Made by a program: the position numbers and the translations under genes. From positions 17,491,629-17,555,628 of the forward strand of contig NC_092384.1 in NCBI RefSeq assembly GCF_030028105.1: a stretch of 64,000 nucleotides of DNA. Direction: 5' to 3'. This document shows, piece by piece, positions 23,998 to 37,898 of this stretch. Each line of letters opens with the position of its first letter. Positions within the stretch are counted from its first letter, which is position 1. The DNA is from Mobula birostris (taxonomy: Eukaryota). The notes under the pieces were generated by a model, which had not been told where the DNA came from, searched no databases, and saw nothing but the letters and a program-made list of their open reading frames with translations.

Positions 23998-26900
23998 CCC
24001 TTATCCTTCAAAGGATTTTTACCGGCATAAAAATTATAGGCATGAATGCATTATTCGATACACACATATACAGGGTCATCAGCTATTCGGCTAATACAGA
24101 GAACTTTAATTTGTCTACACCTTGACAAACAGTCAGCAATCACATTTTCCGTTCCTTTTATATGTTTTATTTTAATATCCTCTAAGACCAGGCTCCAACT
24201 TAGCAATTTTTGTTTTTTATCCCTCATAGTGGCCAAAAACACTAATGGGTTGTGATCAGTGTAAATTCTCAGTGGTTTCCGTCCTGGACAGATATAACAA
24301 AGATCGTCCCACACCGATTTAGAATTCTTTGGCAAGAGCTTAGTAAGAGGCAGGGTAATATTCGCAAAGTTTTTGCAAAACTCCCGATAGTACCCCACCA
24401 TCCCCAAGAACCTTCTCAGGGCTCTCTTGTCTGTCGGGGTGGGGACTTCAGAGATAGCCCGCACCTTAGCCTGCATCGGTGCCAGCTGCCCCTGTCTTAC
24501 CACAAATCCCAGATAAGTGATCTTTCCGTGGCCGAATTCACTTTTTGCGTGGTTCACTGTCAGGCTGGCTTCAAACAGCTTTTTAGACAGCACCTCTACT
24601 GCCACAATGTGCTCCTCCCACGTGTCACTCCAGACCACTAAATCGCCAATATACGCTTCTGCGTTCTTTAGCCCTTTTGTCACTGAATTAATCATCCTAT
24701 AGGGGTGTTGCTTACAAGGCTGACCTGATGTGACAACAACACCATGTACCGGCTCTTTGCATCGCCTCGGGACATCCGGACATACGTGTGCGTGTCGGTT
24801 AATTATCTTTCTCAGCGGCTCGTTCTGTTCAGGGGTTAAGTGAGAGAACTCATCAGCAAAGTTGGCCAAAACAATAGAGTTCTCCCATCTGGTCGGCACC
24901 ATACTTACCTTTTCAAAATGGGTTTTCCCCTTATCAGGTGGCACCCTAGCCTCAATAATTTTCGTGATAACACCGACTAGGTCTGCTCGCCTATCGTGGC
25001 AAGCTGTTGCATATCAATAGCCTGTAATTGTGTTAGCTCACGTCTACAATAGTCAATAGCATCCATCCTCCTGTGCGGCAAGTAAAACTCTTTCATGATT
25101 CTATCGACTATCCTCCTTACACCAAAATGTTCACCATGGGGTATTTTGTGGGCCAGGTTAAAAATCTCATCCCCATAAATTTTCGGCACCACCCCCATTC
25201 CTCATCTGCGGCCACGGTAGTTGGTCTCCATTTCCTCCTTAGTACTCCCTCCTTCACATAATAGCCCACTGGCTCCCTTTTTAATTCTGCTTCGGAGAGA
25301 GCTGTCTCCGTCAAAACCATTAGCTCCTCGTCTCGTTCCTGTGCCTGTATAAATTCCTTCCTTGCTAATGATAAGTCTAACTCAACTCCCTTACTTTCTT
25401 CCGTTTCACTACGCCCCTTCTTTTCACTTTCTTACCCCTCCTGGTACAAGGCTGGTAAAAACGTCTCAGCTAAATCTACATTCGCTTCGGCAGCCTTTCT
25501 GGAGATGCGCCGAGTCACTGCGCAAACGGGATAAGCCTGTGAGTCCATGGGCAGGTTGGCTTGTCAGTTTTACTGCTGGGTACACCTCTCCGTCGGCGAG
25601 GTCATTACCGAGTAACATCTCCACGTCCTCCATCGGTAGTTCGGGCCTCACCCCGATCGTTACCGGTCCGGAGATCAAGTCGCTTTTTAGGTGTATCTGG
25701 TGCAAAGGTACCGCTTCAGTCTCTTTCCCAATGCCTCTTATCACACTGACCTCCCCAGTCTCGGTCTTTGAACTAAAGTCTAAAACACTCCTCAACATCA
25801 GTGACTGACAAGCTCCAGCGTCTCTCCAGATCCGCACTGGAACTGCGTTTGACCCCTCCTTCACCGACACCAATCCGGCCGAAATAAACTTCTCGCGCCC
25901 TTCCTGAACTCTATCAGACCTCTTCTCCCCTAGCGGTTTGTTTGCCGGCTCAATACAGCCAGTCGGAGTCGTTTTCCTTTCCCCGTCTCCTTCTTTGGGG
26001 CAAAGCACCTGGACGCAAAGTGACCGGCCTTCCCACAATTATAGCATACGACCCCAGGAGACTTCCTACCAAACTGCTTCCCGTCTTCCTTATCCTTCTC
26101 ACTAGTGCCTGGCTTACTTTTTGGCTTTTCCAGCGAACTCTCTCCGCCCTCTCGACTACCCCTGTTGTAGCTTTTACTCGGGGTAAACTTCACTGTGTGT
26201 GCCAACGCGTACTCATCCGCTAACTTAGCAGTTGCGACTAAGGTTTCTGCCTCTTTCTCATCTAGATAAGGCCTCATACCTTCAGGGACACAACCTTTAA
26301 ACTGCTCAATCAGTATTACCTGTAGCAGTCTGTCATAATCCCCACTGACCCCTTTCCAGGCGCACCAACGCTCACAATACATCTGCATCTCACGGGCTAA
26401 CTCTAAATACGTGCGGCCCCACTGCTTCCTCGCATTCCGGAACCTCTGCTGGTATGCCTCCAGGACCAACTCGTAAATCCTGAGTATCGCCTCTTTCACC
26501 ACATCATACCTCTGGGCATCTTCTGCGGACAATGCCGAGTAAGCTTGCTGGGCTTTTCCTTTAAGCACGCTGTGAAGCAAAACAGCCCACTTATCCCTCG
26601 GCCAGTCCTGACTTGCAGCGACCTTTTCAAAATGTAGAAAGTACCGATCAACATCAGCCTCCTCAAATTGGGGAACCAGCCTAACCTCCTGAGTAGCCCT
26701 GAACCCTCCACCTTGGTTCGGCATGGGCCCCTGTGCTAACCTCATCCTTAACTTCCCCAGCTCAAATTCCCTTCCTCTCTGTTTCTCCCTCTCTTCTCGT
26801 TCGAACTGCCTGTCCCTCTCTTCTCGCTCTAACTGCCAGTCCCTCTATTCTCGCTCCAGCTGTTTTACCCGGAACTTGTGTTCGAGTCTCAATTTTTCAA

Positions 26901-27211
26901 TCTGCAGCTGTACTGCTTCTCCACCAGGTTTGCCCATAGATACCACCTCCAGCTCCCCTTGTGGAAACACACCTTTAGATACATAATACTCTATGATAGC
27001 TCTGTGCATCTCCGCTCTCCTCATTATCGACTTCCCCTTAAAAAAGATTCAACCGTTTGGCCACAGTTGCCAATTCTGAATTCCTGGCATCGTCTAATGC
27101 CTCCAAGGTTGGTGCCTTCAGAAATTCCTCAATTTCCATTTCTGCTGTTTGCCCTTTCTTTCTTTCGGGAATTGTAACCCAATCAATTTACCCATTTCCA
27201 AATTTGGCGTT

Positions 27212-27238
27212 CGAAATCGCGGACGAGATCCCCTCTTA
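27212..27238 (-). promoter_or_regulatory. Degenerate primer-binding site, tRNA-Pro-like
   Basis: GAGGGGATCTCGTCCGCGATTTCGAAC next to the 5' LTR resembles the tRNA-Pro PBS TGGGGGCTCGTCCGGGAT. Confidence 0.55.
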
Positions 27239-27537
27239 TGTTACGTACCCCGTAACTGGGTTGCCAAACCAGCAGAAATGGACAACTTAGTTGGAGTCTG
27301 GTTTGACAGAACTAATAAAGTTTTATTTAAAAAAAATAAGTAACACAGTACTCTAATCGTAAGGATATAAATGCAACAGGTTAGCAATGATAAAACATAC
27401 ATGTACACAGAACTAGGGTAATAAGAATCAACCAAGCTCTATCGCAGTCTAGGGGTAAAATGATCAGTCTCAAGTGACGCAGACTTCAGTTCAGTTTAGT
27501 ATAGTTCGCAGTAATCGCTGTTCTGCCGTTGGAGAGA

Positions 27538-27569
<32 letters not shown>

Positions 27570-28077
27570 TATGCAAATCTGATTCAGCAGACCTTGATGT
27601 TCTTTGCAGTTAGCTTTCGGGGTAACCCTTTTATATCTTCCGTGTCACCGACTGTGACCCCTCCGTTCCGGACACAACCGTTCTTCCGCGGTGAACCCGG
27701 CACCCAGGCAAGGGCGGACACACACACCAGGTTCCCGCCGATCGCACCCTTTGCGTCAATGGTCGGTTCCCGCGACCGGACCTCCAAACCTTCACCAACT
27801 TTTGGGGGCATACCGCTTTTCCAGGGTCTCGTGATCTCGTGGTGTCTCGTGCCTTAGCGAACTTGTTCTTATTACCCCCCTGCTGGGGTATCGCCTGCCC
27901 ATCAAACTTCAAACAGTTCAGGTTCAAAGCAACCGGTCTGTCAATATTCTGAAATATGTCTCTTTCTCGTTAATCTCTCTCTCTCTTCTCTCTTATTAGC
28001 ATTTTGAATGTTTCTCCATTGTTTCTCTTATCTCTCTCCTCAGCATCAATCTTCTGATAATTTGGTTTGTCTTCTCA
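27239..28077 (-). repeat. 5' LTR of the nested element (839 bp)
   Basis: TGTTACGTACC...CTTCTCA; colinear with 23148-23997. Confidence 0.92.
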
Positions 28078-29284
28078 AGTGAAATGGTTGAACAAGAAAT
28101 TTGAAACAACAAAGAACAAGGAAAGAGAGTTGATGACTGTATTGCTAGAATGAGAATGGCTAAATACCCTACAAAGATTGACCTGGTAAAAGGATACTGG
28201 GATGTTCCTGTAACAGAGAGGGCTAGAGAAATATCTATACTTGTGACACCATCTGAAATGTATGAGTACCATGCATTACCCTCCAGGATGAAAAATGCTC
28301 CAGGGACATTTCAAGGAATGATCAACTCTATGATTAGAGGTCTAGAAAACACAGGGGCTTATATTGATGATTTACTGGTCTGTAATGACACGTGGGAAGG
28401 GCATATTGCAGCAGTCGAAAAACTGTTTGAAAGGCTCTCCAAGGCCAATGTTACTGTGAACCAGATAAAAGTGAGTTTGGTCATGCCACAGTTACATATC
28501 TGGGCTATGTAGTAGGCCAGAGCCAACTGGTTCCTGTACAGGCCAAGGTTCAAGCTATTGCTGAGGTTCCTGTTCCACCGGTCAAGAAAGCTTTAAGAAT
28601 TTTTTGGGAATGGTTGGATATTACCAAAAGTTTTGTAGGACCTTCACAGATATCGCTCTCCCCCTTACGAAACTCCTAGGAAAGACTGAAAGATTTGTAT
28701 GTAGTGATTGTAGTGTAGTGTATGTAGGAGACTTTTTAACGCCGGATAACCATCCTGTATTATCATCCTGTGCTCAAAGCACCTGATTTTTCCAAGCCAT
28801 TTTCTATAGCGAGAGACGCTATTGACGAAACTTCTGGGGTAGTACTGTTACAGAGGGGTGAGGAAGACATTGAACACTCAGTAGCTTATTTCTCAAAGAA
28901 ATTTAATATGCATCATAAAAAATTATTCCACTGTTGATATCACTAATTTTGGCTTTACAACATTTTGAAGTCTATGTTTCTCCTGCCCAGAAATCACTTG
29001 TGCTTTACACGGATCACAATCCGTTAGTGTTTCTAACTAAGATGAAGGATAAGAATAGAAGGTTATTAAACTGGAGTCTGATGTTGCATGAATATGACGG
29101 GCAAATAAAACATGTGAAAGGTACTGACAACATTATGACTGATTGTTTATCGAGATGTTAAGTTCGAAACTGTACACATTTTTGCTGTTATCTGATGATT
29201 ATACGGATATTGTTGAAGCTTTGCAATCTATAGTTAATGAAAAATTTTGCCTTCGTCAGGTTTTCTTTCCTAAAAGGAAGGAAG

Positions 29285-30096
29285 TGTAACGGGATCCTGA
29301 ATAATCCCTATGAACTGTGTTTTTAAAAAAGAGAGAGCGAGAGAGGTGTCCAACACAGACACCTTGTTATTAAGAGAGAGAACGAATTATGCTTGAGATG
29401 GTGTTCTCTCTGCAGCATGATTATACTTCTGCAAGGATATTGGCTGCTTCTAAGTTCTTATAGACAGAGAAGAGAGGAGCTACTTGATGGACAGCTGGTG
29501 TTCAAAATGGTAAGATAAAGAGAAGGTCAGATGATAGACTTAAAGACACATGATTTTGGACGCTGGCTGAGCTTTGTTGTGCCCACAGAAAGGATGGGTT
29601 TTTGGAATATCGATCAGGAGAATCGATCAGTAGTTCTCGCAGTGTGGAAAAGGTGTGACCGGTGGGGAGTTGTTCGTGTGTCCAACCCCGCCTGGGTTGA
29701 TAATTCCACCACATAAGAACGGTCCCCTTTGTTGTGGTCGCATTCGGTGAATTCTGGAGGATTTCGGTGGACAACGGGAAGATCGACAGCATTAGGTCAC
29801 TGGAAGACTCAAACCTCTCTCTCACTCTCCAACTCTAATCAACTCAATACCACGAACTGAAATGAACTTTACTCATCACCGTAAGACTGCATCCATTTAC
29901 CCCTAGGCTTGAAGAAGGTTGTTTTTTATATTTCCACACTTATATTTATATAATCATTGCTAACCTGTGGATTTATCTGATTTTATATTCCTGTTTTGCG
30001 GAGTTACTAATAAATACCATTAGTTGTTACCATTACCAGACTCAAAAGTGTTTTCCATTTTTGCTGGATCTTTAACCCGTCACGGGGTACGTGACA
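29285..30096 (+). repeat. 3' LTR of the host Gypsy element
   Basis: TGTAAC...GTGACA termini; preceded by the PPT aaaaggaaggaag; the end resembles the nested element's LTR end. Confidence 0.8.
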
Positions 30097-31770
30097 GGGG
30101 CTATTCATCCCTAGAGCACAGGTGGTTGCGCGACAACCATACATAGGTAATGTCAGGAAGGGTTCTCTAAATTACAGTCTTTTACCCAGAATTGGTTAAC
30201 TGACAATGAGAATACTTCGATTCCAGGCGAGAGAGAAAATATTCAAAAGGAGTCTCGGGAAAGTTTTTCAACAAAAGAGGTTTGTAAATGCTGTCAGAGC
30301 GGGCAGCGAATTGAGTGGCAGCAGAGTGCAGGGCTCTGGCTTCAACGGGCTTCGGCGGTAACGGGAAGAGGCGAGAGCGAAGCACCAGCTCTTTTTTTTC
30401 CACCTTGGCAAATCGGCCCTGACAGTAAAGACCAGCAGAGCTCACGCAGCTAACGGTACGAGCTAACGGTTTAAGAAGTACGTCTGTTTGACGAGGTAAG
30501 TGGGTGAGTAGACTTTTTTTCCTGTTTCATTCCTGTAGAATTAGATCGCATGCCTGCAGAGTTAGTGCTTTGTTCACGGTGTCAGATGTGGGAATCCTGG
30601 GAGACCTCCTGCCTACCTGATAGCCACATCTGCGCCAGGTGCACCGAGATGCAACTCCTCAGAGACCGTGTTAGGGATCTGGAGCTGCAGCTTGATGACC
30701 TACTGCTTATCAGGGAAAGTAAAGAGGTGATAGACAGGAGCTACAGGGAGGTAGTCATCCCTAGGCTACAGGGGTCAGAAAACTGGGTGACTGCCAGGAG
30801 AGGGAAGGAAAATGCCCGGATAGTGGAGAGCACACCTGTGGCTGTCCTCCTCAGCAACAAATATCTTGTTCTGGATGCTGTTGAGCGGGATGACCTTACA
30901 GGGGACGCCCACTGTGACCTGATGTCTGGCACTGAGCCTGGTGCTGTTGTGCAGGAGGGAAGGAGGGAGAAGAGGAATGCGGTAGTCATAGGGGATTCCA
31001 TAGTCAGGGGAACAGACAGGAGATTATGTGAGCCTGATAAAGATACCCTCATGGTGTGTTGCCTCCCAGGTACCAGTGTACGGGATGTCTCGGGTTGGGT
31101 CCAGAATATTCTGAACGGAGGGGCCGAGCAGACAGCTGTCTTGGTGCATGCTGGAACCAATGACATAGATAGGAGAAGGGAGGAGGTCCTGAAGAGAGCT
31201 TTCCGGGAGTGAGGAAGAAAGCTGAAAAGCAGGACCTCCAGGATAGTAATCTCGGGACTGCTACCTGTGCCACGTGCTAGTGAGGGCAAGAACAGTAGGA
31301 TCAGGCAGATGAATGCGTGGCTCAGAGACTGGTGCAGGGGGCAGGGCTTTAGATTCTTGGATCATTGGGATCTCTTCTGGGGAAAGTATGACCTGTTGAA
31401 AATGGACAGATTACACCTGAACCAGAAGCGCACCAATATCCTGGCGGGAAGGTTAACTAGAGCTGTTAGGGAGGGATTAAACGAATTTGGTATGGGCATG
31501 GAAACTGGAATGATAGAGCGGAGAAAGGGGAAAACAGAAATAAATCTAAGATAGTGAGCAGTGAAGATGTCAGGAAAGACAGGCAGGTGATGGGGCAAAT
31601 TTGTAGCCATTGGAATGAGTTGCAGCGCAATAAAGCTTCACAGAAATCAAACCGAAAAGTACCAAATACTGGTCCTATGGTGTTGTGCTTAAGTGCAGGC
31701 AGCATAAGGAAAACAGTGGATGTCGTACAGCTACAGATTGGCAGGTATGATATTGTGGCCATCACTGAGA

Positions 31771-34700
31771 CCATAGAACCATAGAAACTACAGCACAGAA
31801 ACAGGCCTTTTGGCCCTTCTTGGCGGTGCCGAACCATTTTCTGCCTAGTCCCACTGACCTACACACGGACCACATCCCTCCATACACCTCCCATCCATGT
31901 ATCTGTCCAATTTATTCTTAAATGTTAAAAAAGAACCCGCATCTACCACCTCATCTGGCAGCTCATTCCATACTCCCACCACTCTCTGTGTGAAGAAACC
32001 CCCCCCCCAATGCTCCCTTTAAACTTTCCCCCCCTCTCCCTTAACCCATGTCGTCTGGTTTTTTTCTCCCCTTGCCTCAGTGGAAAAAGCCTGCTTGCAT
32101 TCATTCTGTCTATATCCATCATAATTTTATATACCTCTATCAAATCTCCACTCATTCTTCTACGGTCCAGGGAATAAAGTCCTAACCTAGTCAACCTTTC
32201 TCTGTAACTGAGTTTCTCAAGTCCCGGCAACATCCTTGTAAACTTTCTCTGCACTCTTTCAACCTTATTTATATCCTTCCTGTAATTTGGTGACAAACAC
32301 TGAACACAATACTCCAGATTTGGCCTCACCAATCCCTTATACAACGACATCATAACATTCCAGCTCTTATACTCAATACTTTGATTAATAAAGGCCAATG
32401 TACCAAAAGCTCTCTTTACGACCCTATCTACCTGTGACGCTACTTTTGGGAATTTTGTATCTGTAGTCCCAGATCCGTCTGTTCTACTGCACTCCTCAGT
32501 GCCTTACGATTAACCCTGTATGTTCTACCTTGGTTTCTCCTTCCAACGTGCAATACCTCACCCTTGTCTGTATTAAACTCCATCTGCCATCTTTCAGCCC
32601 ATTTTTCCAGCTGGTCCAAGTCCCTCTGCAGGCTCTGAAAACCTTCCTCGCTGTCTACTACACCTCCAATCTTTGTATCATCAGCAAATTTGCTGATCCA
32701 ATTTACCACATTATCATCCAGATCATTGATACAGCTGACAAGTAACAATGGACCCAGCGCTGATCCCTGTGGCACACCACTAGTCACAGGCCTCCACTCA
32801 GAGAAGCAATTCTCTACTACCACTCTTTGGCTTCTTCCATTGAGCCAATGTCTAATACAATTTACCAGCTCTCCATGTATACCTAGCGACTGAATTTTCC
32901 TAACTAACCTCCCATGCGGGACCTTGTCTAAAAATCCATGTAGACAATATCCACTGCCTTCCCTTCATCCACTTTCCTGGTAACCTCCTTGAAAAACTCC
33001 AATAGATTGGTCAAACATGACCTACCACGCACAAACCCATGTTGACTTTTCCTAATAAGTCCCTGTCTATCCAAATGCTTGTAGATTCTGTCTCTCAGTA
33101 CTCCTCCAATAACTTACCTACTACCGACGTTAAATTTACCGGCCTATAATTTCCTGGATTACTTTTCGATCCTTTTTTAAACAACGGAACAACTTGAGCC
33201 ACTCTCCAATCCTCTGGCACCTCACCTGTAGACAGCGACATTTTAAATATTTCTTCCAGGGTCCCCGCAATTTTAACACTAGTCTACTTCAAGGTCCGAG
33301 GGAACACCCTGTCAGGTCCCAGGGATTTATCCAATTTAATTTTCCTCAAGACAGCAAGCACCTCCTCCATTTCAATCTGTACAGTTTCCATGATCTCACT
33401 ACTTGATTCCCTTCATTCCATAGACTTCATGCCAGTTTCCTTAGTAAATACAGACGCAAAAAAACCTATTTAAGATCTCCCCCATTTCCTTTGGTTCTGC
33501 ACATAGCTGACCACTCTGATCTTCAAGAGGACCAATTTTATCCCTTACAATCCTTTTGCTCTTAATATACCTGTAAAAGCTCTTTGGATTATCCTTCATT
33601 TTGGCTGCCAAGGCAACCTCATGTCTTCTTTTAGCCCTCCTGATTATTTCTTAAGTATTTTCTTGCACTTCTTATACTCCTCAAGCACCTGATTTACTCC
33701 CTGTTTCCTACACATTTCATACAACTCCTTCTTCTTCTTTATCAGAGTTGCAATGTCCCTTGAAAACCAAGGTTCCTTATTCCTATTCACTTTGCTTTTA
33801 ATCCTGACTGGAACATCCAAACTCTGCACTCTCAAAATTTCTCCTTTGAAGGCTTCCCACCTACCAATCACATCTTTACCAGAGAACAACCTGTCCCAAT
33901 GCACGCTCTTTAGATCCTTTCTCATTTCCTCAAATTTGGCCTTCTTCCAGTTCAGAATCTCGACCCTAGGACCAGATCGTACCTTGTCCATGATCAAATT
34001 GAAACTAGTGGTGTGATGATCATTGGAACCAAAGTGCTCCCCTACACAGATTTTCGTCTCTTGTCCTAACTCATTTCCTAACAGGAGATCCAATATTTCA
34101 TCCCCTCTAGTTGGTCCCTCTATATATTGAATTAGAAAACTTCCCTGAACACATTTTACAAACTCTGAACCATCTAGATCCCTAACAGTATGGGAGTCCC
34201 AATCAATATATGGAAAATTAAAATCCCCCACCACAACTTTATTTTTTTTGCAGTTGCCTGCTATCTCTCTGCAGATTTGCTCTTCCAAGTCTCTTTGACT
34301 ATTGGGTGGTCTGTAATACAATCCCAATAATGTGGCCATACCTTTCCTGTTTCTCAGCTCCACCCATAAGGACTCCGTAGCCAAACCCTCTAATCTGTCC
34401 TGGCTAAGCACTGCTGTAATATTTTCCCTAACAAGCACTGCTACTCCCCCACTTTTCATTCCTCTGCCTCGATCACATCTGAAACATCGGAACCCTGGAA
34501 TATTAAACTGCCAGTCCTGCCCCTCCTGTAGCCAAGATTCACTAATTGCTATAACGTCATATTTCCACGTGTCAATCCACGCCCTCAACTCATCCGCCTT
34601 CCCCGCAATACTCCTAGCATTGAAATATATACACCTCAGAAGATGTTTACCTCCACTCTCAACCTTTCTATTAGCGGATTTGCTTGAACTTTTAATATCA

Positions 34701-35785
34701 TTTATTTTCCCCCCAGCCACACGGTCAGCTCTGGCACTCTGGTTCCCATCCCCCTGCAAATCTAGTTTAACGCCTCCCCAATAGCACTAACAAACCTCCC
34801 TGAAAGGATATTGGTCCCCCTGTGGTTCAAGTGTAACCCGTCTCTCTTGTACAGGTCCCACCTGCTCCAGAAGAGGTCCCAATTATCCTGAAATCTGCTA
34901 CCCTGCCCCCTACACCCGTTCCTCAGCCACTTGTTCATCCTCCAGAGCATCCTATTCCTACCCTCACTGGCATGTAGCACAAGTAGCAATCCTGAGATTA
35001 CCACAATTGAGGTCCTGCTTTTCAACTTCCTACCAAGCTCTCTATACTCCAGGACCTCCTCACTCTTCCTGCTATGTCATTGGTACCGATGTGCACCACG
35101 ACATCTGGCTGGTCACCCTTCCACTTCAGAATGTCATGCAAGCGATCAGAGACATCCTTGACCCTGGCATCCGGGAGGCACCAAACCATCCTGGATTCTC
35201 TGTCACGACCACAGAACCTCCTATCTGCATCTCTAACTATCGAGTTCCCTATCACTACCGCTCTCCTCTTTTTCCACCCTCCCTTCTGCACTGCAGAACC
35301 CGACTCAGTGTCAGAGATCCGGCTACTGCAGCTTGTCCCAGGTAAGTCATTCCCCGCAACAGTATCCAATGCGGTATACTTGTTGTTGAGGGGAATGTCC
35401 ACAGGGGTACCCTGCTCTGCCTGCCCTTTCCTCTTCCCTCGCCTGACAGTGATCCAATTTCCTGTCCTCTGCTCCTTTGGCGTAAATCTCCTCTATAATC
35501 TTCTCATTCTCCCGAATGATCCGCAGGTCATCCAGCTCCTGCTCCAGTTCTCTAACGCGGTTTGTCATGAGCTGCAGCTGGATGCACTTCTTGCAGGTGT
35601 CGTTGTCAGGGACACCGGAGGGCTCCCTGACTTCCCACATCCTGCAAGAGGAGCATTCCAACATCCTGCCTGGCATTCTCTCTGCACTAAACAATCTGAA
35701 CAAAAAACTTACCGGAACCTACCCTGGGCTCTGCCTGTTCTCGCCGAAGCCTGTTGAGCCAAAGCCGTCCCACTCTGACTCAGTC
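31771..35785 (-). mobile_element. Near full-length antisense CR1 LINE nested in the previous element
   Basis: ORF1 remnants 35347..35703, 35022..35402, 34762..35025; endonuclease 33644..34759 (YFNARS, SESW, GDFN, SNDH); RT 32440..32823 and 31943..32398; (CATAGAA) tail at 31771. Confidence 0.92.
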
Positions 35786-37898
35786 CACTCTGACGATGGT
35801 TAAAGGATGCATTACTCTGGGAGCTGAACGTCCAGGGATACACGGTGTATCGGAAGGATAGGAAGGTAGGCAGAGGGGGTGGCGTGGCTCTATTGGTAAG
35901 AAATGATATTAAATCATTAGAAAGAGATGACAGGATCGGAAGGTGCACAATCTTTATGGGCTGAGCTAAGAAATCGCAGGGATAAAAGGATCCTGATGGC
36001 AGTTATATACAGGCTTCCAAACAGTTGCAGTGATGTGGACGACAAATTACAGCAGGAAATAGAAAAGTCTTGTCAGAAAGTCAGTATTATGATAATTGTG
36101 GGGGATTTTAACCTATAGTGGATCGGGCAAACCAGGTCGGCACTGGATCTCAGGAGAGAGAATTTGTAGAATGTCTGCGCGATGGCTTTTTAGCACAGCT
36201 TGTTGTTGAGCCCACTAGGGGATCGGCTGTACTGGATTGGGCATTATGTAATTAACTGGAGGTGAATAGAGAGACTGAGGTGAAGTAACCCTTAGGAGTC
36301 AGTGATCATAACATGATTGAGTTCACTGTGAAATTTGAAAGCGAGAAGCCGAAATCTGATGTGTTGGTAATTCAGTGGAGTAAAGGAAATTATCGTGGCA
36401 TGAGAGATGAACTGGCCAAAGTTGACTGGAAAGGGACACCGGCGGGAAGGACGGCAGAGCAGCAGTGGCTGGAATTTATGCTAGAAGTGATGAAGGTGCA
36501 AGACTGGTATATTCCAAAAAAGAAGAAAGTTTCGAATGGATATAGGATGCAACCGTGGCTGACAAGAGAAATCAAAGCCAAAGTTAAAGCAAAGGAGAGG
36601 GCATACAAGGAAGCAAAAATTAGTGGGAAAACAGAGGATTAGGAAGTTTTTAAAAGCTTACTAAAGGAAACTAAGAAGGTCATTAAGAGGGAGAAGAAGC
36701 TATGAGAGGAAGCTAGCGAATAATTTCAAAGAGGATACTAAAAGCTTTTTCAAGTGCATAAAGAGTAAAAGGCAGGTGAGAGTAGATAAGGGATCGATAG
36801 AAAATGACGCTGGAGAAATTGTAATTGGAGATAAGGAGATGGCGGAGGAACTGAACGGGTATTTTGCATCAGTCTTCACTGAGGAAGACATCAGCAGTAT
36901 ACCGGACACTGAAGGGTGGCAGGGAAGAGAGGTGTGCGCAGTCATAATTACGACAGAGAAAGTATTCAGGAAGCTGAATAGTCTAAAGGCAGATTAATCT
37001 CCCGGATCAGATGGAATGCACCCTCGTGTTCTGAAGGAAGTAGCTGTGGAGATTGCTGAGGCATGAGCGATGATCTTTCAGAAGTCGATAGATTCTGGCA
37101 TGGTTCAGGAGGACTGGAAGATTGCAACTATCACTCCGCTATTTAAGAAGGGGGCAAGGAAGCAAAAAAGAAATTATAGACCTGTTAGCTTGACATCGGA
37201 GGTTGGGAAGTTGTTGGAGTCGATTGTCAAGCATGAGGTTACGGTGTACCTGGGGGCATACGACAAGATAGGCAGAATTCAGTATGGATTCCTTAAAGGA
37301 AAATCCTGCCTTACAAACATATTACAAATTTTTGAGGAAATTACAAGTAGGCTACACAAGGGAGATGCAGCGGATGTTGTATATTTAGAATTTCAGAAGT
37401 CCTTTGACAAGATGCCGTACATGAGGCTACTTAACAAGATAAGAACCAATCGAATTACGGGAAAATTGCATACGTGGATGGAGCGTTGGCTGATTAGCAG
37501 GAAACGAAGAGTGGGAATAAAGGCATCCTATTCTAGTTGGCTGCCGGTTACTAGTGGTGTTCCACAGGGATCCATGTTGGGGCCGCCTCTTTTTACGCTG
37601 TACATCAACGATTTGGATTGTGGAATAGATGGCTTAGTGGCTAAGTTTGCTGATGATAAGAAGATATGTGGAGGGGCTGGTAGTGCTGAGGAAACGCAGT
37701 CTTCAGAGAGACTTGGATAGATTGGAAGAATGGGCAAAGAAGTGGCAAATGAAGTACAATGTTGGAAAGTGTATGGTTATGCACTTTGACAGAAGAAATA
37801 AAAGGTAGACTATTATTTAAATGGGGAGATAATTCAAAGTTCTGAGATGCAACGGGTGTTGGGAGTCCTCGTACAGGATACCCTTAAGATTAACCACC

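Larger units (their letters stand above)
23148..28077 (-). mobile_element. Nested Gmr1-type Gypsy element with two LTRs, gag, protease and internally deleted INT/RT/RH; 4-bp TSD AGTG
   Basis: AGTG at 23144-23147 and 28078-28081; gag with CYNCGKAGHFASRC zinc knuckle (25930..26745); protease-like RDAGACQS (25466..26038); RT/RH remnants 24051..24944. Confidence 0.92.
21600..30096 (+). mobile_element. Gypsy LTR retrotransposon with Gmr1-type INT-RT-RH order; 5' part missing; interrupted by a nested element
   Basis: Integrase (C-x2-C, VDCLGP, SDQGSNF, GPY-like) at 21857-22919; RT from HPYRM (~23120) resuming at 28078 (IDLVKGYW, AYIDDL); RNase H (YTDHNPL) 28934-29161. Confidence 0.88.
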
